A stretch of DNA of 64,000 nucleotides from an uncultured virus (IMG/VR IMGVR_UViG_3300008267_000038) (IMGVR_UViG_3300008267_000038:1-64000); one strand, 5' to 3'. Counted from the stretch's first letter, positions 20,225 through 32,100 are shown. Numbers and translations: made by a program. Notes: a model not told the origin generated them from the letters alone.

Positions 20225-23200
20225 CTACATGGAAGCCAGTTTGGTGAGGTTCTTCATCTGCTCGTCGAGGTCGGATAATCGCTTGGCCGCATAGCGATCC
20301 ACCAGGTAAAGCAGACCTGTCTGGACGTTCACCCGTCCGTCGATCCAGATGAACCGCTTGTTGTATAGCTGGTCGCGGTCTTGGAGGATGAGGCTTATTT
20401 TGGTGGCCGGTCCCGTGGGACTCGCCAAGTAACCCTGCCGATCCGATAGGGCGTTGGAGCGGTTGGAGACGTCATCGCCCATCAACCTGTTGACGTAGGT
20501 GAAGGCGGCGTCGGGACCCGCCACGACAGAGGTTTGGTCAAGCAGGGCTGTCCATGTGTTGGCTGCGGCCCCCCAATCCTGTGAGGCGTGCAGGACGCCA
20601 AGAAGGTCCCGCAGGCTGCTCACCGAGAGGCCGAACACGTTGACGAGACGGTAGGTGACGTTACCCGCCGTAGGAAACGGAACGTCACACGTTAGGGTCT
20701 GGGGGGTAACTGCCGTGACAGCATAGACGCCACGGTTGTCGCCACTCTCGACGTACACGAAACAGCCGACGGCGATGTTGGCGGCCTCAAAGTCGAACGA
20801 GGCATCGGTGAGGTCGGAGCCGTTGACCGCGCCCGTGCGCGTGGTTGTCGTGAGAAGGTCGGTGAGAATACCGTCCGTGCCCTTGGCGGGGTTGCCGTCA
20901 AGGAACCGCTGGATCGCCAACACCTCGGAATCCACACCGCCAGCGGGGCTGTTGTTGGTGAGGACAAACGGCTTGACCTTGTTGGCGGCGATCTTGGGGG
21001 CGACCCACAACTGCGAAGTCGAGAGGTGGTTGGAGACGCGGAACGTGCAAGTGCTGGGGGTGCCAATAAACGACACGGGGTAGTCAAGGGTTGCCGTCGT
21101 CGAGTTAGGCTTAGTGACGATCTGCCTCCGCTTCCCAGCGTTGACGTGAGTGGGGTCGGTAAAGATGACGGTGTGGCCTATGGCGGCCGATGCCAAGGCT
21201 GCCCCCGAGATCAAAGTAGAAGAAGAAATCGTGCAGGTCCCAGAGGCAACGTTCGGGGCGCTGGTGATGAGAACAGTCTCGGCACCGCTGGTGGTGGGAA
21301 AGGGAGGGTCCACCGTTAGCGTTGTCGCGGTGAGGGCGGTGATGAGTCGCCACCCAGCCCCCGCATTGGGGCCGGTCATGAACCGAACGATGTCGTACTG
21401 CTGGGGGGCTGGCGTCCCAAACCCTCCCGTGCGAGTCAGGGAGTTCGTGAAGTTCAATGCAACACCTGGGATGGTGTTGGTGGTTGTGGTGGAGATGGCG
21501 AGGGTTTGAACGGCGGCGTACTCCTCGTCAACGTAGGTCTGCTCACACTCGAAGGTGCGGGTCTGGATAGGCAGGCCCATGTCGTTGATGTCCGACTCGG
21601 CCAGACCGTCGAGGGCGGGAAGCCTGTAGGGTTCCGTCCGCTTGTTGACGAGATACACCGACTTGCACTCGACGAACTCGTTGGTGAGCGGAGGATCGTT
21701 GAAGTAAAAAAAGTTGTTGGAGTACAGCAGGGTCCCTGTGGCCTTTACGAGGGACGCCTCGAACTGCTTTTGGAACACGGTGTCGGTGGGGTCCAGCGAG
21801 ATGGTGGCCCCTCGGGGGATGGCCGTCGTCACCGCTGGGGTGACGGTCAGCGCCGTGCCCGTCGGATCGACCGTCACCGTCCCTGTGTAGGTGGGGAGCG
21901 CGGTCCCGAGGACGGTCACGAGAACCTTCATGTCCTTCTTAAAGCCGGGCCGGAAAAACACGCTGGTCCCTGTGGCGTTATCGACGGGGATCGTTGTCGC
22001 ACCCGCAGGGACGTAAGCGGTGATGAGGGCGCGTGGAAACCGCCTGTAGTAGGACTCAACCAACGAGTCGATGTCGGACGTCCCGAAACTCAGGATAGGG
22101 TCGCCGTCCTTGATGTCTGCGGTGTCGGAACCTGCAAACGTGGCGTTGAAGATGTGGTCCTTGTAGGTCGGGTACAGGCGCGAGACGGTGCTGGGCAGGT
22201 ACATCTTGGTGTATCGCGGCGTTTCCACCCACCAGATGAACCCGCCGATGACCCACTCTTTTTTGTAGAATAACTGATCGTCGATGTCGTTCGTGACGTC
22301 GGCGTAAAGGTCACGCGGGGGGTTGTCCACCTTGCCGTCAAAGCGAAACCGTCCGCTGTCCGCACCGACGAGCCGACCGTCGAAACTCTGTATGGCATCC
22401 TCAAGGTGGTTGATGCTGTCGTTGGAATACTTGAGGAACCGGCGAGCCACGAGGTCCATGTTGGAGGTGTGGGCCTCTTTGTAGAAGATGGACTCGCGCC
22501 CTTGCCCTGGCAGCCCTGGGCTGCTGGGCGCGTTTTCGGTGCGGGGGCCATAGCTGGGGGCTGATCCCTGCGCCTGTGCGGCGAAGTACGCGGTGACCTC
22601 ACCACGGAAGTTCGTGAGGGTTTCAACACGGAAGTAGAAGGTGTCGGCGCTCCAGATGGTGTACTCCATCTTGAGTACCTGTCCCAGCATCCCGTTGGGT
22701 TCTTCGTCCGACGTCGTGTTCGGAACGATGCCGTGCGTGTAGGTGTACTTGAGACGGCTGGCGGGCTTCACCGACACGTTGCCCAGGTAGCAGATGCCCA
22801 CCTCGTCGGCCCCTGACAGGGGCGGGTCAAAGTTGACGATGCCCGCGCTGTCGATCCCGTAACTGACAAACTGACCAATCTTCCCGCTCGCCTTTCGGAA
22901 GATACCGTAGGGCTGAGACAACACGGGAGGCAGCAGCGTAGCGGCCCGTGTGTCACCGTCCTCACGGATGGTTCGGATGGATCGCTTCAAGATGGCTGTG
23001 GCAGGAGCGTACTGACGTTGAGCGTTGCTGGTAAGCTGTACCTCGGTCCACCCATTGAGGAACTTGGTCCCCACCACAAGGTAGTAGTCAGAGAATGTGT
23101 GGGTCCCGTCGGTGAACAGCAGGACGATGCCTGGGACGTAAACGGACGTCTGATCCCCGTACACCTTGATGCGGTTCATGCCCCGAGGGATGACCTGATA

Positions 23201-26200
23201 GGGATTGTCCTCGGTGGTGAAGAAGTAGTCCGTGAACGGGGTTCCGTCGGGCGGCGTGGACGATAGGAACAGGGGTGGGTCGGATGCCTCGTTGACGATT
23301 ACCTGCCCTGCCGCCAAGGACACAAGGGTTCGGTTGGTGGTGCCAGGTGCCGGGTACGTCGCGCCCGCGATCTGATAGACATTCTGGGTGCCCACACGCA
23401 ACAAAGAGCCGGTGGGCAGCTTGCTAGTCTGGTTGCCTGCCAACGTGAACGTCGAGGTGTCCTCGGTAAGGATGACCTTCTCGACGTAGAGGGGATACAG
23501 GAGGGTGACGGACTGCTCACCTCCAATCGCCTCGTACACGTTGTAGTCGATCTGGAGTAGTTCCGAAGGGCCAACAATGGCCCCGTGGGGCACGGCGTCC
23601 GTGGTGGGCTTCAAGTCGGGCTGGAAAGTCATCGAGGACGACGACGTAGTGACCACCACCTTCGCGGGCGTCTGCGGGCGACCCCCACGATAGACTTTGG
23701 GGGGAGGGTAGGCGGCGACCGTGCGACCATTGGGATTGAACGAGAAGGTGGTACCGGGCTCCGAACGGGGTGGGAGCCTCTCTCGACTGATTCCGAACGT
23801 CACCCGCTCTGTCGTGACGGGGAGTTGGTTGCCACTCTGGTCAAGGGGGATGTAGGTGACGATAGCCTCCTCACCCGCCGCAAACCTCTCGGTGAACTCA
23901 ATGAACCCAAGGGGCGGCTGGAGGCTGTAGTCGGTACCGGGCGTCTGCGTCACGCAGGCATACACCTTCGGAGGGGTGCCCGAAGGGATGTCGGCCGCGC
24001 TAAAGTTCAAGTTCCCCGTCGCAGCACTCACCTGCACGGTGCCCGTGGTGAGTGTGGTGGAGAAATCGTTGTCGGTCGGAACAGCCGTCGTCGAGCCTAT
24101 CTGGGTGTAGTTGTTCTGCCCGACTCGGAAGCGAGTATTGGGAGCATCCACGACGTCGAGACGCAGGCGGCGATAGATGAGGTAAGCCCTCGGGGTGCTG
24201 GAGTTGTCCACCGGGCTACCGAGAAACGACAAGAAATCGGTACCTACGGACGACACCACATAGCTTCCGATGTCGGGTCCCGTGCTGATGTAAAGGGTGT
24301 CCCCTGCCGTGACGCCTATAGCGATGAAGTCTCGGGTGGTGTCTTGGAGGGACCCGTCGGGGGAGACGATCCCGTAGGCGTTGGCCGACTGAGGGATGAT
24401 GTCGGTCTGGTTCTGGATGAATCCCAACTCGCGGATGCGTTCGACCCTCGTGATGGGATCGGGAAAGCTGATGGGCTGCCAGTAGCGGTCAGCCATGACC
24501 TCGGGGGAGCGGCGAATCTCGTACTCGACGTTGGTAGCGTTGATGAAGTCACCGAGGTCGATGTCTGTGAGGAGCGGGGTGACGATAGACCCCGCACTCA
24601 ACCGATAGATGCCCTTCGCTGGCCCTCCCTTGACCACCAAGACGTCATTAGACTCGACTTGAAAGGTGGCCGAGTCGGGGTCCCAGAAGTTGCCGTTGTC
24701 GAGGATGCCGGTGGTGCCCTGCGCGACCACCTTGCCGACCGTGTTGACGAGAGTGACGACGCCTGGTACACGGTCCAGCAGATAGTCCACACCCTCTGTA
24801 AGGTCATTGAACAGGTTGGAGGACGGCGCAGACTCTAGGGCGAACTTGTTGTTGGCCCCGAGAATCAAAGGGTTGGGGAGCGGGAACGTGCCGTTCGGCT
24901 TGGTGAAGGTGAGGAACTGGTCCTTCTTACGGTTGGCAAACTTGAGTTGCCCATCCTCGTAGGAGAGGACGTACCCGAGGCCCGACGGAGGATCGCCGCT
25001 GTCGGCGGTAAGGTTGGTGAGGTTGCCCGTAAAAGTGCCCGTGCCTTGTTCCACAAAGACCTTGATGGGGAATCTGATCCCCTCGACAGGTAGCGCGGGC
25101 AGGGAGACAAACGGGGTCTGTCCGATGGGGTCTGCCAGCACGGCTGCGTAGTCGCCGTACTGCTTCCAGTATGAGGTCAGATCGAACTGGTCGGGGTTTG
25201 ACCCTGATAGGTTGAGGAAGTTGCGAAAGAAACGGAGGCCCACACCGTTCTCAAGCAACAAGTCGCCAAACACCACTTGGACGGAGTGGCTGATAGTCCA
25301 CGCCGAGAACTGCACCTGCCCGACGTCGTTGACCTGCACGGTCCCAGAGGCTTGGAGGGCCGCAGCACCAAAGGACTCCACCCGCTCCACGGTAGGGAAC
25401 TGGTAGCCGTCATCCTGTACGAAGATGAGGTCGCCACCCCGATCAGGCGCTCCCACAATCGCATTGGGGGCCGAGGTGGTGCCGAGGTCCTGACGGGGCA
25501 GTTGTTTGCCGTACTCGATGAAAACGCCGTCGTAGTATATCTTGGAAGCCGCCAAGGCATCCGTGTACGAGAGCCTGATGAGGCCCGTTGCCCTCGACCA
25601 TTGGAAGGCCCCTGGCAGAGGCATCGTGAAAGCGGTTTCATCCGCGACCTCCGTGGGGGTCAACCAGACCCCGTGATCGAGGCGAACGACAGGGCTTTGT
25701 CCCGTGGCGGGTAACGGGCTGAGAATGATGCCCTTCGCAAAATACTCCTCTGTCGTCCCGATCTGTCCGTCGCTCTGGTCGGGGGTGAAGAACGCCTGAC
25801 GTTGCCACCGCAGAGTTTGACCTTCCCATGCGGTGAGGTCCGACGGGTTCCAGTTCAACTCACCCGTTGACCGCAGCATCTCGACGGTGCCCGAGGCAGG
25901 CGACCCGAACGCGCTTACGATGACGACGCCGATGGTGGTGCCACCCCCAATGGCCCCGTAGGACAAACGGTAGGGAGCCGCAGGCAGCCCCTCAATCGGC
26001 ACGGGAAGATGCAGACGCGGAGAGTCATTGAGGGTGGCTTGAACAACGCCGATGACCTCTACGGGACCCCCCGGCAGCAGCTTGAAGGCTTGGGTGGTGT
26101 TGTCGTAGGTGAAGCGGTCGAAGGGTTGCGTGGTGGTTCCTTCGTTCTTGGACCACGCAAACTTGGCCTCGACGAGCGACTGCCCTCTGGGGACGCCGCC

Positions 26201-26392
26201 CAATAGGGGCGGGGGGTGAGGCACCACCGTCACGAAGTAGTCCACTCGGGGGACGTTTTCGGACCCATCCGTAAAGTGCGCGTTGTAGGCCGTGGCGTTC
26301 AAGATCGCCGTCTTGGGCGTGAACGTAAACGGGGAGTTAGCCGCCCCGATGCGGGCTGGCTCGACGACGTAGCCCTTGACCGACATTCCCAT
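20225..26392 (-). CDS. Very large multidomain virion (baseplate/fibre) protein
   Basis: 2055 aa, beta-rich. Repeated G..L....G.N.G.Y.I..V modules and EGVDY/PGTDY..G.I.F motifs. Confidence 0.6.
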   Translation of the reverse strand: MGMSVKGYVVEPARIGAANSPFTFTPKTAILNATAYNAHFTDGSENVPRVDYFVTVVPHPPPLLGGVPRGQSLVEAKFAWSKNEGTTTQPFDRFTYDNTTQAFKLLPGGPVEVIGVVQATLNDSPRLHLPVPIEGLPAAPYRLSYGAIGGGTTIGVVIVSAFGSPASGTVEMLRSTGELNWNPSDLTAWEGQTLRWQRQAFFTPDQSDGQIGTTEEYFAKGIILSPLPATGQSPVVRLDHGVWLTPTEVADETAFTMPLPGAFQWSRATGLIRLSYTDALAASKIYYDGVFIEYGKQLPRQDLGTTSAPNAIVGAPDRGGDLIFVQDDGYQFPTVERVESFGAAALQASGTVQVNDVGQVQFSAWTISHSVQVVFGDLLLENGVGLRFFRNFLNLSGSNPDQFDLTSYWKQYGDYAAVLADPIGQTPFVSLPALPVEGIRFPIKVFVEQGTGTFTGNLTNLTADSGDPPSGLGYVLSYEDGQLKFANRKKDQFLTFTKPNGTFPLPNPLILGANNKFALESAPSSNLFNDLTEGVDYLLDRVPGVVTLVNTVGKVVAQGTTGILDNGNFWDPDSATFQVESNDVLVVKGGPAKGIYRLSAGSIVTPLLTDIDLGDFINATNVEYEIRRSPEVMADRYWQPISFPDPITRVERIRELGFIQNQTDIIPQSANAYGIVSPDGSLQDTTRDFIAIGVTAGDTLYISTGPDIGSYVVSSVGTDFLSFLGSPVDNSSTPRAYLIYRRLRLDVVDAPNTRFRVGQNNYTQIGSTTAVPTDNDFSTTLTTGTVQVSAATGNLNFSAADIPSGTPPKVYACVTQTPGTDYSLQPPLGFIEFTERFAAGEEAIVTYIPLDQSGNQLPVTTERVTFGISRERLPPRSEPGTTFSFNPNGRTVAAYPPPKVYRGGRPQTPAKVVVTTSSSSMTFQPDLKPTTDAVPHGAIVGPSELLQIDYNVYEAIGGEQSVTLLYPLYVEKVILTEDTSTFTLAGNQTSKLPTGSLLRVGTQNVYQIAGATYPAPGTTNRTLVSLAAGQVIVNEASDPPLFLSSTPPDGTPFTDYFFTTEDNPYQVIPRGMNRIKVYGDQTSVYVPGIVLLFTDGTHTFSDYYLVVGTKFLNGWTEVQLTSNAQRQYAPATAILKRSIRTIREDGDTRAATLLPPVLSQPYGIFRKASGKIGQFVSYGIDSAGIVNFDPPLSGADEVGICYLGNVSVKPASRLKYTYTHGIVPNTTSDEEPNGMLGQVLKMEYTIWSADTFYFRVETLTNFRGEVTAYFAAQAQGSAPSYGPRTENAPSSPGLPGQGRESIFYKEAHTSNMDLVARRFLKYSNDSINHLEDAIQSFDGRLVGADSGRFRFDGKVDNPPRDLYADVTNDIDDQLFYKKEWVIGGFIWWVETPRYTKMYLPSTVSRLYPTYKDHIFNATFAGSDTADIKDGDPILSFGTSDIDSLVESYYRRFPRALITAYVPAGATTIPVDNATGTSVFFRPGFKKDMKVLVTVLGTALPTYTGTVTVDPTGTALTVTPAVTTAIPRGATISLDPTDTVFQKQFEASLVKATGTLLYSNNFFYFNDPPLTNEFVECKSVYLVNKRTEPYRLPALDGLAESDINDMGLPIQTRTFECEQTYVDEEYAAVQTLAISTTTTNTIPGVALNFTNSLTRTGGFGTPAPQQYDIVRFMTGPNAGAGWRLITALTATTLTVDPPFPTTSGAETVLITSAPNVASGTCTISSSTLISGAALASAAIGHTVIFTDPTHVNAGKRRQIVTKPNSTTATLDYPVSFIGTPSTCTFRVSNHLSTSQLWVAPKIAANKVKPFVLTNNSPAGGVDSEVLAIQRFLDGNPAKGTDGILTDLLTTTTRTGAVNGSDLTDASFDFEAANIAVGCFVYVESGDNRGVYAVTAVTPQTLTCDVPFPTAGNVTYRLVNVFGLSVSSLRDLLGVLHASQDWGAAANTWTALLDQTSVVAGPDAAFTYVNRLMGDDVSNRSNALSDRQGYLASPTGPATKISLILQDRDQLYNKRFIWIDGRVNVQTGLLYLVDRYAAKRLSDLDEQMKNLTKLASM

Positions 26393-26401
26393 CCGACAAC
26401 C

Positions 26402-26974
26402 TCATATGATCTTGCCCACACCCACCCCGGAGGACGGGGAAGGTGCAGGCGCTCCCACAATAGGGACCGGGATAGTGAATCCTGCAAAGGCTATGTCGAG
26501 GCCCATCCCAATCGCCGTGGCGAGTTGAGCCACCGAAGTCCCTGTCATGCCCGCTGCCGCAAAACCCGCCAGCATCGACGGTACCGAAGAAGGCCCTGGG
26601 AAAGAAGCCACCCCTGTGCCGACCCCAACCGTGGGATGCACGGTTGTTATCATGCCCTGCAAGAAAGCGAGCGAGAGGCCGTTTGCAAGAGCGGCTATTA
26701 GCTGGGGGGCCGATGTGCCCGCCATGTTCATGCCCGCAAACCCCGTGGTAAGGCCCGCCAGCAATAGGGGCTGGGGGATCGCACAAGGGAATAGCCCCGC
26801 ACCAACCCCAAGGGTGCCGACATCTACGGTTGTGACGACAAGGGTACTGGATGTCCACAGGTTGACGCCTGTGCCCACCCCGAGGGAGAGTTGTGGCAAC
26901 CCAACGCCCGTAAAGGCGACCCCCGCAAAAGACGCAGCCAGCGTACCTGCTATGGTGGGGGGTGTAAGTGGCAT
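26402..26974 (-). CDS. Small Gly/Ala-rich protein, candidate spike-tip
   Basis: 190 aa, coupled (TGATG) directly downstream of the spike gene. Internal duplication G...PQL...(V/L)A.G. Confidence 0.45.
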   Translation of the reverse strand: MPLTPPTIAGTLAASFAGVAFTGVGLPQLSLGVGTGVNLWTSSTLVVTTVDVGTLGVGAGLFPCAIPQPLLLAGLTTGFAGMNMAGTSAPQLIAALANGLSLAFLQGMITTVHPTVGVGTGVASFPGPSSVPSMLAGFAAAGMTGTSVAQLATAIGMGLDIAFAGFTIPVPIVGAPAPSPSSGVGVGKII

Positions 26975-29154
26975 CAGATCGACCTTACACCAGCACTCCC
27001 AAGAAGCGGTAGCCCTGTGATGTAGTCGAGGGTCGGAGTCCCAGGGGGCAGCGAGGGCGTTGCCCGCACCACACCAAGAACTGCTGTGGCCGCGCCTCCC
27101 AGCATGATGTTTGGGGAGGAGAGGTCAATACCCGCAGGACTCACGATGGTCACCAAGGCACCCGCTGTGACGCTGACCGCCGCCGCCGCCGTCAACGAGT
27201 ATGCTGCACCAGACGAGACGGTGAAGGCCGCGCCAGAAGTTTGAGTGATGGATGCACCCGAAGATTCCGTGATGGCCGCCGTTGCCGTTGTGGAGATCGT
27301 GCCGTTGACGGTGACTGTCTTGGACCCTGCCGCGAGCGACTCGACGACAGGCCCAGCGATGACGTTCTTGAACTCCCCTCCCGAGATGATGGTTTCGTGC
27401 TTGTCTTGGGCATACGTCAGATAAGTCATGCCATTGATGTTGACGTTACACCCGCCCGCGTTCATCGAGTAGCCGCTGATCGCCGTTTGGCTGATCTTGT
27501 CGGCCCGAGTGGTCGCCGCACCGTTGGAGGCGACGATGAAAGAACCACCCGTCTGGAGGTAGGTGTCGCCCGCCGACATCATGGTGTGCTTGCCCGAGAC
27601 ATCCGTGGACAGGCTGTTACCCTGCGCGTCGGCGGCTCCGACATACCTGTTCTTCACAGGGCCGCGATACACGATGTCGAGAGAGTTCCCTGTGTCGGTG
27701 TTGCGACCAATCTCAGCCTTGATGCCGCCCTCCAGCTTGGCGAAAAGGCTCGTGTTGGAAGGAGAGGCCGCGCCGACAAAGAGTTTCAAGGCTCCCAGCA
27801 GGTTGAGGTCCGCAGACACTCCCTTCACACTGTCGCCGTAGGCGTCATTGGAAGGCTTCGGCACCTGCATGAGCAGCTTGCCCTGCTTTTGAACAGCGAC
27901 CGCGAACGGTACGTCGTCGGCTGTCGTAAAGACGGGGTTGATGCGGAACAGGAAGGCGGCTGCCGAGGTCTTGGCATCGAGGTCCGAACTGTTGCGATTG
28001 ATAGTCTCAAGGGTGAACTTGCCTGGCGTCAACGCCTTACCCATCCCCCATAGCTGGGGGCGTAGGATTTGCCCGTACTGCTTGATGCCTAGCGTCGAGT
28101 AGGGATCGTTGCCGATCACCGTCCCCATGACGTGTTCGATGTAGGTCATTCTCGGGTTGGGGCAGAACCCGTCGATCTCCGTGTGGACCTCTTGGACGAG
28201 TTCGGTGTCGTGGGCGATCTCGGTACGGACCTCCGTGAAAGCGGCACCGGCACCCTCATCCGGCTTCGCCTCGATGCCAGCCTCCGAGGAGGTGGACGGG
28301 TAAAAGACGGTCTTGCCGTTCGAGTAGGTGACGGGAGGGAAGTCCGTGGCGTTGTTGAACTGCTCCAACAGCACACCGCTCGGTGACGCAAACTTGTAAT
28401 CGCCTCCGACGGGACCTGGGCCGAGGTTCTGGTAGTCATCACGGCCATAGTACCCAGCGGCCTCGTCCTTCAAGGTCTTGGTCGAACCATCGGCTGTGAC
28501 CACCTCGCGGGGTATCCAGAACACCTGTCGGCGTACCGGCCCCGAGTAACGCTTGACGCCTGCCTCGTTGTCGAACCGATGGATGGCTTGCGTGACGAGA
28601 GTGCGTTCCTCGTCCCTGAGTTCAATGAGGTCGCCTGCCCTGTTGACAAGGTTGACGCTGCGGTTCAACCACATCTCTGCGCCGCTCGACGACATACCGC
28701 CGACGTCACCAGGCTGCATCTTGAACCGCTTGTACCGTACAGGACCACCGACATAGTTCCGATAGTCGGCCTTGTCCTCCTCGTCGATGTCGTTGGGGTC
28801 GCTGGCTGCAAAGGGATCGTACCGTAGCCCCTGCCGGTTTCCTGTCGGCAGGTACCCAAGGATGGTGGCCTCCGCGATGTTGTGCTTGGGCGACACCATT
28901 CGGTAGCCCACCATCACGAACGAGCCTACCTCGGGGATACCTCCCCAGAAGCTACGAGGCCCGCACATGGCCTGCGACAACTCCACCTCCATCCGATAGC
29001 CGCTGCCCGTGATGATCTTGACGTCCACCTTCATGTTGACTTCATCGACCCTCTGGACCACCCCAACACGGAAGCCGTGTGAGGTGCCGTGGTTGTCGAT
29101 GAAGTCCTCGTTGACGGCGAAGTTGTCGGGGTACTTGGAGACGTAGTGGATCAT
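26974..29154 (-). CDS. Baseplate central spike (gp5/gpV-like)
   Basis: N-terminal OB-fold signature GVVQRVD...V.V...IPEVGSFVMVGY. The C-terminus has ~8-residue beta-helix repeats (ITESSGASITQTSGAAFTVSSGAAYSLTAAAAV). Confidence 0.75.
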   Translation of the reverse strand: MIHYVSKYPDNFAVNEDFIDNHGTSHGFRVGVVQRVDEVNMKVDVKIITGSGYRMEVELSQAMCGPRSFWGGIPEVGSFVMVGYRMVSPKHNIAEATILGYLPTGNRQGLRYDPFAASDPNDIDEEDKADYRNYVGGPVRYKRFKMQPGDVGGMSSSGAEMWLNRSVNLVNRAGDLIELRDEERTLVTQAIHRFDNEAGVKRYSGPVRRQVFWIPREVVTADGSTKTLKDEAAGYYGRDDYQNLGPGPVGGDYKFASPSGVLLEQFNNATDFPPVTYSNGKTVFYPSTSSEAGIEAKPDEGAGAAFTEVRTEIAHDTELVQEVHTEIDGFCPNPRMTYIEHVMGTVIGNDPYSTLGIKQYGQILRPQLWGMGKALTPGKFTLETINRNSSDLDAKTSAAAFLFRINPVFTTADDVPFAVAVQKQGKLLMQVPKPSNDAYGDSVKGVSADLNLLGALKLFVGAASPSNTSLFAKLEGGIKAEIGRNTDTGNSLDIVYRGPVKNRYVGAADAQGNSLSTDVSGKHTMMSAGDTYLQTGGSFIVASNGAATTRADKISQTAISGYSMNAGGCNVNINGMTYLTYAQDKHETIISGGEFKNVIAGPVVESLAAGSKTVTVNGTISTTATAAITESSGASITQTSGAAFTVSSGAAYSLTAAAAVSVTAGALVTIVSPAGIDLSSPNIMLGGAATAVLGVVRATPSLPPGTPTLDYITGLPLLGSAGVRSI

Positions 29155-32100
29155 CTATTTGCCGTACTTCTTGGAGGCACCCGTGGCACCGGCACCATAG
29201 GTGGGTTCGGGGGGCGGTGCGGACGGAGTGTTGACAGCGGCATCCGAAAGCGGGCCTCCGTTGACGGCCTGTGCAAGTTTCAGCTTCTCCTCGTCGAGTT
29301 GCTGCTGGTACTTGTTGACGCGGGCTTGGGCCTCATCCAACACATATTGCGGGACAGGGGGGACCGCCTGCTGTGCCTTGGCAAGGTCGGCCTGTGCTTG
29401 TGCGAGAGCCTCGGCGTTGCGGGCGACCGAGAACTCAAGGTTCTTGATGACGGTCCCTCGGACAAAGCTATCCGCAGCGGTGGTGACCGCCTCTTGGAAG
29501 CCCAGCTTGGCGGTATCGACCATCCCTGCAATATCCGTGAAGCCCATAGCCGCCCAACGGGCTGGGTCATTGAAGGGCGGCTTGAAGCGGCTGTCGGGCG
29601 TGCCTGTATCGTTGTCTGGGAAGCGGCCAGGTGTTGTCGGTGCGTCACCGCCTCGAAGCGCCTTCTCTAGTTCTTGGTGTGGCTCGTCCAAGGCTTTGTA
29701 GAGGTCGAACAGGTACTTGTTGACCTTGGTGATGACTTGATCGGACGTAATCGCAGGCAAGGTGTCGGTGTTGACAGGTCGGTTGTCGGTCCTGCCGCCC
29801 GTGGTTGTGATGGTGGTGCCTTCGAGCGTGACAGGAGCGCCGGTTAGACCGTTGACGGGTTCAATCTTGGTGGCTTGGCTCATAAACGCCAAGTCGGACC
29901 GCGACAACAGACACGAACAAGGTGACGCACCCCCCGTGACGTCACCCTTGACCGACATCTCGGCAAGGGTGAGGGCGCGGGTTAGCTGCGTGGCCTCAAT
30001 GCTGTCAGGTATCCGCAGCGTCTCAGTGGACCCCAGAGGAGCGGAGTTGATGAGGTTGGTGGCCGTCGATGAGTAGTCGGGAGTGGTCACTGTGGGGGTG
30101 CCAGAACTAAACTTGGAGCCGAACTGAGTGGCCCCCGTCTCTAGGTCCTCGGGCTGCAAGGTCGCAAGGTTCCGCGCAGGGTTGGGGAACGCTGTCGTGA
30201 CCCCTCGGAGGCCCACGGACTGCGCGATCAGCGTGTCCGACAAGTTGCCCGAGAGCGTGGTCTGGAGGGAGATACTGGCGGCCTGATTGGCTTGGTTGGC
30301 GTTCCAGACAAGGGACCCGTCTCGTAGCGACAGGCCACGGCCGTACCGAAACTGACCGACAACCTCAAAACCACGCTCATCCGAGACGGGACGGATGAGC
30401 GCCATACCACCTCGGGAAGTAGTCTTGAACCCCGCAGAGTCATCGCTGATTCTCGCGGCACTAAGAAGGATTGTCTCAGCGACGACGGGCTTATTGTTGG
30501 AAACCGCACCGCCCGCGTCGTACAGGTAGGTGAACACACCTGCCGAGTTCAGCCCGTATTGATAACGGTTCTGCATATACTTGACGCGGAGGGCACTTGA
30601 TTTTCCTTCCTGTAGGGACTTGTCATACGCCGCTGCAAGGGAGGTCATGTTCGTGGTGCGTCTTTCTTCTGCGGTCTTACGAGCCTTGTCCTCTGCGGCC
30701 TTGGGCAACCGTTCTACCTTTTTGATCTCGGAGCCACCCACCCCTGACTCGGAGGGTAGCTTCGTGGGCTTGAAAGGCCGTGTGTAGGCCATGACCACGT
30801 TAGGGAACCCGCAGGGGCGTCCCGTCTTTGGGTGGCGCAAGATGAGAGGCGCGTAGGGGTTCTGGGCAGCGGGCTTATCGAACATCGACAAATCTTCGGG
30901 GGGCAGCACGGCGGCGTCCCCCAACTCGATCTTGAACTTCGCCGCCTCGGCCAACTGCCTCGCCGTGTACTTGAAGATGCCCGGATTCTGCTCGATGGTT
31001 TCCGGCGCTGCCACGGTACCCGTTGGGGCTGCCTTTCCTGTTGTCGCGGCTTTTGAGACGGCGGGAGGGGTATAGCCCGTGAGTTTCAACTTGCCGATGC
31101 CTCTCGGCGCGAAGAACTTGGTTCTACGAGCCGTCAACGTCAACGTCGTCTGGGCCGACCCACCAAACTGAATGTTGTGCGATACGCCCGTGACGTACCA
31201 CATCTGGTCTTTGGGAGCGACGTAGATGGGGAACCCCATCCGTAACTCGGGCCGCAGCGGGATGCTGACCGTCCCGCGATGACGACGGGCGTTCAAGCGA
31301 TCCATCACGTCCATGCCGTAGTAGAACATGAGTTGGGGGTCGCCCATGAACTCGCTGTTCAACTGGTGGGTGCGCCAGCCGTACTTACGAAGGAGGTGCC
31401 AATCCGTCACGCTGGTGAACGGCTCAATGTCCTGCGGCATACCGTAGTCGATGGCACCACCGAAACTACCCGCCATCTGGACCTGGGTGACTACTTCCGA
31501 CTCGGACTCCGAGAAGTCCCAATCTATGATGTCGATGTCCTGTATCCAACTGACCGGCTTGTTGGGCAGGGTGTCGAGGTTGTAGAAGGGCGGCTTGAAC
31601 ACGATGTCGCCCGTCACGTCCATGTAGAACTCGTACCCAATGGCGTCCTTGGCGGCGTTGGCGATCTCTAGCTTCGTCTGGTACTCGGACTGCCACAGGT
31701 TGACCTGCCCTGCGTTGGCGAACTGCGTCTTGAAGGCCACGACGTTCTGGCTGGTGGGGTCGAAGATCATACCCCCGCCGTACTTGCCGCCGTTGGACCG
31801 TCGGACCTCCTGAGAGGCAAAGGGCTGACCCTTTAGTTCGTCTTTGTGCAGGCTGTATTTTTGAGCCAAGGTCGCACCACGAATCGCCACACCCTGCGCC
31901 CCGTAGAGCAGCAGATTGTTCTGCATCCGCGTGAACCGCTTGGACCAATACAGGGTGAGGTCTGCGAGGGCCGCCGCGAACGTACTTTGCTGCCCCGCCT
32001 CGGGGTTGTAGCTGGTGAGGCTGCCCGTACCCACCACGACGTCGCCTGTCGCCTGCTGGGCAAGCGTCCAGATGACATCGTAGGGGTTCATGCCGTGGAA

